A stretch of 43,472 bases of DNA from an uncultured Erysipelothrix sp. (lineage in GTDB: Bacteria > Bacillota_I > Bacilli_A > Erysipelotrichales > Erysipelotrichaceae): the NCBI GenBank assembly GCA_964514505.1, contig CAZEQW010000001.1, positions 1-43,472 of the forward strand, written 5' to 3'. This document shows, piece by piece, positions 37,281 to 43,472 of this stretch (positions are counted from its first letter, which is position 1; the number at the start of each line of letters is the position of its first letter). Both the position numbers and the translations under genes were made by a program. The notes below the pieces were generated by a model. It saw only the letters and a program-made list of their open reading frames with translations. It was not told the origin of the DNA and made no database searches.

Positions 37281-38945
37281 ATGAAAGATCACTTAAGTAA
37301 TGTGCCATATGAAATATTAAAAGAGGGATTATCACATTCTATCATTAAAGAACCGATGTATAGTGCATCGGATGTTTTAAGTAATTTATCTGTATTAGAT
37401 ACTGTGATAGCATTGAATAAAGTTTTTGACTTCAATGATTCTTACTTAGTGATTGGTAATAAGAAACGTCGAATTATTCAGGATGTTTTGCAGAAGGAAA
37501 CTGGACTTAGTTTGAGTAATGTCTTTGTTTGTGGTAAGAGTAATGAAGCCTTGGGTCTTGGAATCGGTCTTGCTTTAGAGAGTCATAAAAAAGTCGTTAT
37601 TATGATTGATGACTTTGTTTTAAACTACGGTAAGACTTTTGAAGCTTTAACTCAGATTCAACGACACCAGCCTGATATAACTGTTGTATATGTTGAAGAT
37701 GAGCATTCATTTGACCAATCTCATAAGAGTAAAGATTCTTTAGTTAACTCCCTTCGAACATCAAAGGCTTATGTTAATCTTAAGAAAGACGTTAAGCATT
37801 TATTAGACCGCCCAACAGGTAAGCCGATCCTAAGTTCTTTATCTTGGGTTAAAGAAGGAATAAAAGATATTGTTACTGAAACAACTGTTTTTGATCAATT
37901 TGGACTAGAGTACTACGGGGTAGTAGATGCGATGAAGTACAAAGATAATCTGCATACTTTTCAAAGTGTTGCATTAATTAATACACCTGCGGTAGTTCAT
38001 GTTAAAACTGATTTAAGAAAGCTAAGGGGTTTAAAATTACCTCGATATAAAACCGAGGATGCAATTCCTGATAATTATTTCAATTATATAGATGCAATGG
38101 ATTCTGTTCTATCAGAATATGATTCTATAACTTTATGTGTAGATATTACATCTGATTCTCAACACATGCCTCAGTTTGCCATAAAGTTTCCTGATAACTA
38201 TTATGTTAGTACAGGTACTTATCAGTTTCTAGTGGACTTTATAAAGGGACTCACTCTTTTAAATAAACGTATAGTTTTTATGCTTGATAGCAAGAGTTTT
38301 AACCATATTGCCTCATTAATTGAGGAGCAGTTTTATGGTAGTAATAACATCTGTATTATTCTTAGAGATAGTGGTCTTAGTAAGAGTGAGGATAATCCAA
38401 CGCATGGTGTATTTGATGTTGGTTTAGCTGCTCGTTTTAGTAGTAATATTTATATGGGTAAGGATATTGGTGAAGCAACTCGTATTTTAAAGTATGTGTT
38501 AGACCAAGAATCGTTTCCTTTAAGTGTTATTAGAGTTCCTAGAGGTGTTGGTCTTATTAAAGATGGTATATATAATGATGGTTGGGAACTACTTAATTCA
38601 GAAGTAGATCCTAAAGCAGTTATATTTAGTTTTGGTGAAAATGTAAGTCGTCTTCATTCAAGAATATTATCAAATAAACTTCCTATTTGGGTTGTAAATG
38701 CTCGTAATATATTTGCGATTGATACTGACTTACTAAATAAAGTTAAGGCATTGGACATACCTATTGCTATTTATGATTTAGAGGATGTACACCATTCTCT
38801 ATATCGTCTGATCTCTATGTATTTATCGAGTCATAAGGTCATTAATATTGGTCTACAACATTCATATTTAAAGTATAGTGGCAGAACTATACGTCGTAAG
38901 TACTCATTAAATGTTGATAATGTATTGGAGATGCTGCCTAAGTAG
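37281..38945 (+). CDS. DXS-like (transketolase family) protein with degenerate ThDP-binding and catalytic motifs; probable pseudoenzyme
   Basis: Occupies the dxs position (xseB-ispA-X-recN). Collinear remnants: SNLSVLDTVIALNKVFD, FEAL, LRTSKAY, FGLEYYGVVD, HVKT, KFPD, THGVFD, IRVPRG, AVIFSFG, VVNAR. Intact ORF with SD AGGAGG. Confidence 0.8.
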   Translation: MKDHLSNVPYEILKEGLSHSIIKEPMYSASDVLSNLSVLDTVIALNKVFDFNDSYLVIGNKKRRIIQDVLQKETGLSLSNVFVCGKSNEALGLGIGLALESHKKVVIMIDDFVLNYGKTFEALTQIQRHQPDITVVYVEDEHSFDQSHKSKDSLVNSLRTSKAYVNLKKDVKHLLDRPTGKPILSSLSWVKEGIKDIVTETTVFDQFGLEYYGVVDAMKYKDNLHTFQSVALINTPAVVHVKTDLRKLRGLKLPRYKTEDAIPDNYFNYIDAMDSVLSEYDSITLCVDITSDSQHMPQFAIKFPDNYYVSTGTYQFLVDFIKGLTLLNKRIVFMLDSKSFNHIASLIEEQFYGSNNICIILRDSGLSKSEDNPTHGVFDVGLAARFSSNIYMGKDIGEATRILKYVLDQESFPLSVIRVPRGVGLIKDGIYNDGWELLNSEVDPKAVIFSFGENVSRLHSRILSNKLPIWVVNARNIFAIDTDLLNKVKALDIPIAIYDLEDVHHSLYRLISMYLSSHKVINIGLQHSYLKYSGRTIRRKYSLNVDNVLEMLPK

Positions 38946-38953
38946 GAGGATTT

Positions 38954-40588
38954 ATGTTAGTTCAATTATCTATAAATAATTTCGTATTGATACATAATAT
39001 TACTATCGATTTGTCAAATAAATTTAATGCTTTCACTGGTGAGACAGGGGCTGGTAAATCGCTTTTTGTTGACGCTTTAAACTTTGTATCAGGTGGCAGA
39101 AGCAGTGTAAGTATAATTGGTAAGAGTTCTGATTCTGCATCAGTCGAGGCAGTGTTTGAACTTGATGGTTCTTCTTTAGCTTATAATTTTCTTGTAGAAC
39201 ATAATTTACTGGAAAAAGGTGATAATCTAGTTGTTTTAAATAGGGTTATGAATGAGGGCGGTAGATCGATATCTCGTATTAATAATCGTATTGTTAATTT
39301 GAGTACTATTCGTGAATGTGTGTCATACATTTTAGATATCCATTCGCAACATGAAACACAGTATTTATTAAATGAACGTAATCATATAAAACTATTGGAT
39401 GATTATATGGGTAACCGTGATGTACTAGATAGTTATCAAAGCATTTATAAAGCCTATACCTTGAAACTTAAAGAGATTGAAGATTTTAAAGAAAAGCAGT
39501 TTAATCATGATCAACTTGAATTTTCAAAATTTCTTCTTGCTGATATTAATAAAGTTAAACCAAGCATAGAGGATTACAACGATATTAAAACTAGATTAAA
39601 AATTCTCGATAATTTTGAGAAGCATAAAGCAAAACTAGATTATATGGATAGTGTTTTAGTAGGTAGTGATAATGTTGTTGGGAAGTTGTATGATTTAATA
39701 GATGATATATCTATGTACCCTGAACTTGAACAGAGTTTCAAGGATGCTTATTTTCAACTTGAAGATATTAGTCAGCAAGTATCATCATTGAATCGTGAAT
39801 TGGTTTTTGATGATCGTGAGTTTAACGAGTTAAACCAACGTCTTGTTAGTTATAATCAGTTAATTCGTAAGTATGGTTCGATTGAAGGTGTTATGGATAA
39901 GAAGCGAGACCTTGAAACTCAAATTAATCAAATTGATCATTTTGCTGAACTATTAGAGGACCTAGAGAACGATTCTAAGCAGTTATATAAGCAATTAGAA
40001 GAGAGCGCAACTCTATTATCGAATAAGCGTAAAGAGGCAGCTGAACGCTTGGAAACGGACATTTTACATGAGTTGAGTGACTTAATGTTAGAGAATACTC
40101 AGTTTAAGATTGTTTTCTCTCCATTAAGTTTTAACTCATTAGGAAATGAAGAAGTATCTTTCTATATTAGCCTTAATAAAGGAATGGACTTGGCACCTTT
40201 AGCTAAGGTAGCTAGTGGAGGAGAATTATCTCGCGTAATGCTTGGTTTAAAGGTAATATTTAGTCGAATACAGGGAATATCTACACTTATTTTTGATGAG
40301 ATAGATACTGGAGTTAGTGGTAAGGTAGCTAAAAGAATTGGCGAGAAGATGAGAGAATTATCTAAGGATGCTCAAGTAATTAGTATTACTCATTTACCAA
40401 CTGTAGCGGCCTTCTCACATCATCAGTACTTAATTTCTAAAGAAGATGGAGCGGAGGATACTATCACAAGTGTTTCTTTACTAGATACTAAAGAACGTAT
40501 TAAAAATTTAGCACTAATGATAGCAGGAAATACAGATGCAGACACTATAAAAGCTGCTGAGAACTTACTAAAAGAGGGGCAGGGGTAG
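38954..40588 (+). CDS. recN: DNA repair protein RecN
   Basis: TGETGAGKS, DIHSQH, KVASGGELSRVML, IFDEIDTGVSG, ITHLP. Confidence 0.96.
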   Translation: MLVQLSINNFVLIHNITIDLSNKFNAFTGETGAGKSLFVDALNFVSGGRSSVSIIGKSSDSASVEAVFELDGSSLAYNFLVEHNLLEKGDNLVVLNRVMNEGGRSISRINNRIVNLSTIRECVSYILDIHSQHETQYLLNERNHIKLLDDYMGNRDVLDSYQSIYKAYTLKLKEIEDFKEKQFNHDQLEFSKFLLADINKVKPSIEDYNDIKTRLKILDNFEKHKAKLDYMDSVLVGSDNVVGKLYDLIDDISMYPELEQSFKDAYFQLEDISQQVSSLNRELVFDDREFNELNQRLVSYNQLIRKYGSIEGVMDKKRDLETQINQIDHFAELLEDLENDSKQLYKQLEESATLLSNKRKEAAERLETDILHELSDLMLENTQFKIVFSPLSFNSLGNEEVSFYISLNKGMDLAPLAKVASGGELSRVMLGLKVIFSRIQGISTLIFDEIDTGVSGKVAKRIGEKMRELSKDAQVISITHLPTVAAFSHHQYLISKEDGAEDTITSVSLLDTKERIKNLALMIAGNTDADTIKAAENLLKEGQG

Positions 40589-40589
40589 T

Positions 40590-41759
40590 ATGGCGCGAGT
40601 TATCTTTCATATAGATATCAATGCTTTTTTCGCTAGTGCTCATCTAGTTGAGGATCCTTCTTTAATTGGAAAGCCAGTTGTTGTCTGTAGAGATACTAGA
40701 GGTTCAGTAGTAACGACAGCTTCCTATGAGGCACGAGCTTATGGTATACAAAGTGCAATGCCGCTATCACAAGCTAAAAAGTTATGTAATGAACTTATAA
40801 TCATCGAACAAGATTTTGATTTGTATTTGGAACTATCTCAAGACTTTATAGATATTGTAAAGTCTTTTTCACCATATGTTGAACAAGCCTCCATTGATGA
40901 GTGTTATGTTGATGTTACTGAAGCAATAAAAGCATACAAACACCCTCTGGATCTAGCTGTAGATATTCAAAATACTATCCTAGAGGATTTGAGTCTTCCT
41001 ATTAGTATCGGTGTTGGACCAAATAAGTTTCTAGCAAAGATGGCTAGTGATATGAAGAAGCCAAATGGTATTACAGTTTTAAGAATACGTGAAGCAGAAA
41101 GTAAACTTTGGCCATTAGACATCTCTGAAATGTTTGGAATAGGGAAGGTTACAGTACCAAAGTTAAGATCTTTAGGTATTAATACTATTGGTGATTTAAA
41201 TACAGCTAATTTTGATGATTTGAAAGTAATCTTAGGTAATCGTACTCAGGTCTTTGTTGATCGTTCTAATGGATTAGATCATAGTGAATTAGAGATAGAA
41301 TCTACTGCAAAATCTATTGGTCAATCTAAAACATTTCCAGACCCAATATTTGACTATACTGAGCTAAAAAATGCGATTACTCATGAAGTTAATGAAGTAG
41401 AAAGGCGTGCAAATGAAGCAGGAGTTCTTGGAAAGACAGTGCAATTCTCACTTAGAACGGAAGAATATAGTACAGCCGCAAGATCAATCACACTTGATCA
41501 TTTTATAAGTAGCAAAGATGATATCTTAGAACGCGTTTTATACTTATATAGTGAGTTTGAAGATGCAGGAGGGGTAACATTTATCTCTGTAACTCTTTCT
41601 AATTTACGTGCTAAAGAAGATATCACACAACAGATTGATATCTTCAACATTCCTAAAGAAACACCTTTGGATAGTGTAATTACTCAGCTAAATGAGAATC
41701 TTAACTTAAACTTATTTAAGCGGGCTAGTGCACTCATTAAGGAGCATGATAATGAGTAA
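40590..41759 (+). CDS. dinB: DNA polymerase IV (Y family)
   Basis: FHIDINAFFAS, ASYEARAYG, SIDECY, KFLAKMASDMKKPNG; clamp-motif-like QIDIF near the C-terminus. Confidence 0.93.
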   Translation: MARVIFHIDINAFFASAHLVEDPSLIGKPVVVCRDTRGSVVTTASYEARAYGIQSAMPLSQAKKLCNELIIIEQDFDLYLELSQDFIDIVKSFSPYVEQASIDECYVDVTEAIKAYKHPLDLAVDIQNTILEDLSLPISIGVGPNKFLAKMASDMKKPNGITVLRIREAESKLWPLDISEMFGIGKVTVPKLRSLGINTIGDLNTANFDDLKVILGNRTQVFVDRSNGLDHSELEIESTAKSIGQSKTFPDPIFDYTELKNAITHEVNEVERRANEAGVLGKTVQFSLRTEEYSTAARSITLDHFISSKDDILERVLYLYSEFEDAGGVTFISVTLSNLRAKEDITQQIDIFNIPKETPLDSVITQLNENLNLNLFKRASALIKEHDNE

Positions 41760-42666
41760 GTCTTTTGATGCTATATATGATTCTTTTGTGCATTCACTGC
41801 GTTTTGTCAATGTAAAAAGTGAGTCTACTGTTAAGCAATATAGCTTTGATACTAAACAGTTCTTAAAGTATTTAGATGATATACAAGTGAGTAATTTTAA
41901 TGACATATCTTATGAAATACTGCTTACCTATATTAGTGAGTTGAAAGATATGTATGCTACTAATACTGTGTATCGAAAGGTATCATCTATTAAAGTCTTC
42001 TTCCAGTTTCTAAAGGAGTACGACTATATTAACCAGGATATTACTGCTTATATTAGATCTGAGCGTCGTGAAAAGAGTTTACCTAAAGCACTAACTATCG
42101 ATCAAATTAAGCAATTGTTGTCTTTTGAAAAAAAGAAACCTAAAGATTTTCTTGATTATACACTAATCCTATTATTATTTAGAACTGGATTAAGAGTTTC
42201 TGAATGTGCTAATTTAGAGTTTGTTCATTTTTATAAAGAAGAGCGGCTACTGAGGTTTATTGGTAAGGGGAGTAAGGAACGTATTGTTCCTTTAAGTGAA
42301 GATGCATATAATAGTCTTCAGTATTATACTGAAGTAATTAGGCCGACACTTTTAAAAAAACAGAGCAATAATATATTTATTTCTCCAACAGGAAGGTTAG
42401 TTACAAGACAATATATATATCAAATGTTACAATTAAGGAGTAACGAGACTAATCTAAATGCCCATGTTAGTCCTCATGTACTTAGACATTCGATGGCTAC
42501 TGCTCTTCTAGAAGAGGAAGTAGACTTAAGAATCATACAAGAGCTACTGGGGCATTCAGATATCTCAACAACACAAATATATACAGAGGTTCGTAAAAAA
42601 ACACTTAGAAATGAGTATGATAAATACTTAGTAGGTGGTTTTGATTTTGAACCTAAGAAGGAGTAG
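41752..42666 (+). CDS. xerD: Chromosomal tyrosine recombinase XerD/RipX
   Basis: TGLRVSE, GKGSKER, HVLRHS, LGHS, TTQIY (catalytic R-K-H-R-H-Y intact); directly upstream of deoB, like B. subtilis ripX-drm; AAGGAG SD before ATG 41752. Confidence 0.85.
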   Translation: MSKSFDAIYDSFVHSLRFVNVKSESTVKQYSFDTKQFLKYLDDIQVSNFNDISYEILLTYISELKDMYATNTVYRKVSSIKVFFQFLKEYDYINQDITAYIRSERREKSLPKALTIDQIKQLLSFEKKKPKDFLDYTLILLLFRTGLRVSECANLEFVHFYKEERLLRFIGKGSKERIVPLSEDAYNSLQYYTEVIRPTLLKKQSNNIFISPTGRLVTRQYIYQMLQLRSNETNLNAHVSPHVLRHSMATALLEEEVDLRIIQELLGHSDISTTQIYTEVRKKTLRNEYDKYLVGGFDFEPKKE

Positions 42667-42669
42667 ATT

Positions 42670-43472
42670 ATGTTTAAAAGAGTAATAACAATAGTTATGG
42701 ATTCAGTTGGTATTGGTGCAGCACATGATGCTGAAAAGTATAATGACTTAGGTTCTGATACAATGGGAAACATCGCTAAAACAGTAGGGGGATTACACCT
42801 ACCAAATCTTGAAAAACTCGGGTTAGGTAATCTTCATGAAATACAAGGTGTAAATAAGGTAGATAACCCTAAAGCGTACTATACGCGCATGATTGAAGCC
42901 TCAAATGGTAAGGACACAATGACAGGTCACTGGGAAATGATGGGTCTTAAAATCACTGAACCATTTATCACATTTACTGAAACGGGATTTCCAGATGAGT
43001 TATTAAGTGAACTAACGCGTTTAACGGGTCACGAAATCATTGGTAATAAATCTGCATCAGGAACTGAAATTATTGCTGAGTTAGGTGAGGAGCACATGCG
43101 AACCAACGCGATGATTGTTTATACTTCAGCAGACTCAGTGATTCAAATTGCAGCTCATGAAGAGACTTTTGGCTTAGATGAGCTATATCGTGTCTGTGAG
43201 ATTGCACGTGAGTTAACTATGAAAGATGAATGGAAATTGGGTCGTGTTATCGCAAGACCATTTATTGGCAATGCTAAAGATGGCTTTACTAGAACTTCAA
43301 ACCGTCATGATTATGCATTAAAACCATTTAATAAGACTGTCCTAGATGCTTTAAAAGAAGGACAGAAGGATGTCATATCGGTAGGTAAAATCAATGATAT
43401 TTTTGATGGTGAGGGAATCACAGAATCTCATCGAACTAAATCAAATGAAGATGGTATGAATCAAACTATAGA
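42670..43472 (+). CDS. deoB: Phosphopentomutase (runs off the right edge of the window)
   Basis: Not in the ORF track; translated by hand: [16 protein letters not shown]...[13 protein letters not shown]...[10 protein letters not shown]...[15 protein letters not shown]...GRVIARPF...RTSNRHDYA. Confidence 0.95.
   Translation, partial: MFKRVITIVMDSVGIGAAHDAEKYNDLGSDTMGNIAKTVGGLHLPNLEKLGLGNLHEIQGVNKVDNPKAYYTRMIEASNGKDTMTGHWEMMGLKITEPFITFTETGFPDELLSELTRLTGHEIIGNKSASGTEIIAELGEEHMRTNAMIVYTSADSVIQIAAHEETFGLDELYRVCEIARELTMKDEWKLGRVIARPFIGNAKDGFTRTSNRHDYALKPFNKTVLDALKEGQKDVISVGKINDIFDGEGITESHRTKSNEDGMNQTI

Noticed and set aside
37281-38945. Calling this a functional dxs, or a pseudogene
   Set aside because: Catalytic motifs are absent, so the dxs symbol is withheld. 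The ORF is uninterrupted with a strong SD, so it is not a classical pseudogene.
41752-42666. Tyrosine recombinase as a possible prophage or ICE integrase
   Set aside because: About 304 aa, Xer-like motifs, ripX-drm-type synteny, and no att repeats, tRNA or cargo genes nearby.
690-42773. Short minus-strand and alternate-frame ORFs of 60-101 aa in the track (e.g. 690-965, 17243-17548, 28950-29234, 42474-42773)
   Set aside because: All lie within or opposite well-conserved genes and show no recognisable motifs. Their Ser/Thr/Ile-rich composition is what antisense reading of these codons gives.

Overview
A 43.5-kb, AT-rich core-genome segment from a walled, low-GC Firmicute. Short SMC, short IF2, acidic-tailed NusA, Prp-cleaved L27 and the missing FAS II block beside recG suggest Erysipelotrichaceae/Erysipelothrix-like, but this is an inference. 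Apart from one partial gene at the left edge, all ~36 genes lie on the + strand and are tightly packed: smc-ftsY-ylxM-ackA-nrnA, dnaE with an OmpR-family two-component pair, L21 leader-rplU-prp-rpmA, obgE, ruvAB-murG-divIB, yloU-fakA, recG-rnc-polC, rimP leader-rimP-nusA-rnpM-ylxQ-infB-rbfA, truB-ribF, yqhY-nusB-xseAB-ispA-dxs-like-recN-dinB-xerD-deoB (partial). I see no mobile elements, CRISPR arrays, tRNA or rRNA genes. The strongest oddity is an intact 554-aa DXS homologue at the ancestral dxs position. It has lost essentially every ThDP-binding and catalytic motif but seems to keep part of the acceptor-substrate site, making it a candidate pseudoenzyme. Lesser oddities are a membrane-anchored thioredoxin-fold-like protein with no cysteines, ylxM without ffh, a 48-bp imperfect palindrome over the ruvA promoter, a perfect 20-bp palindrome before nusB, and paired cysteines in the extracytoplasmic domains of the sensor kinase and DivIB. 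All motif comparisons were made by eye against remembered consensus sequences; no searches were run.
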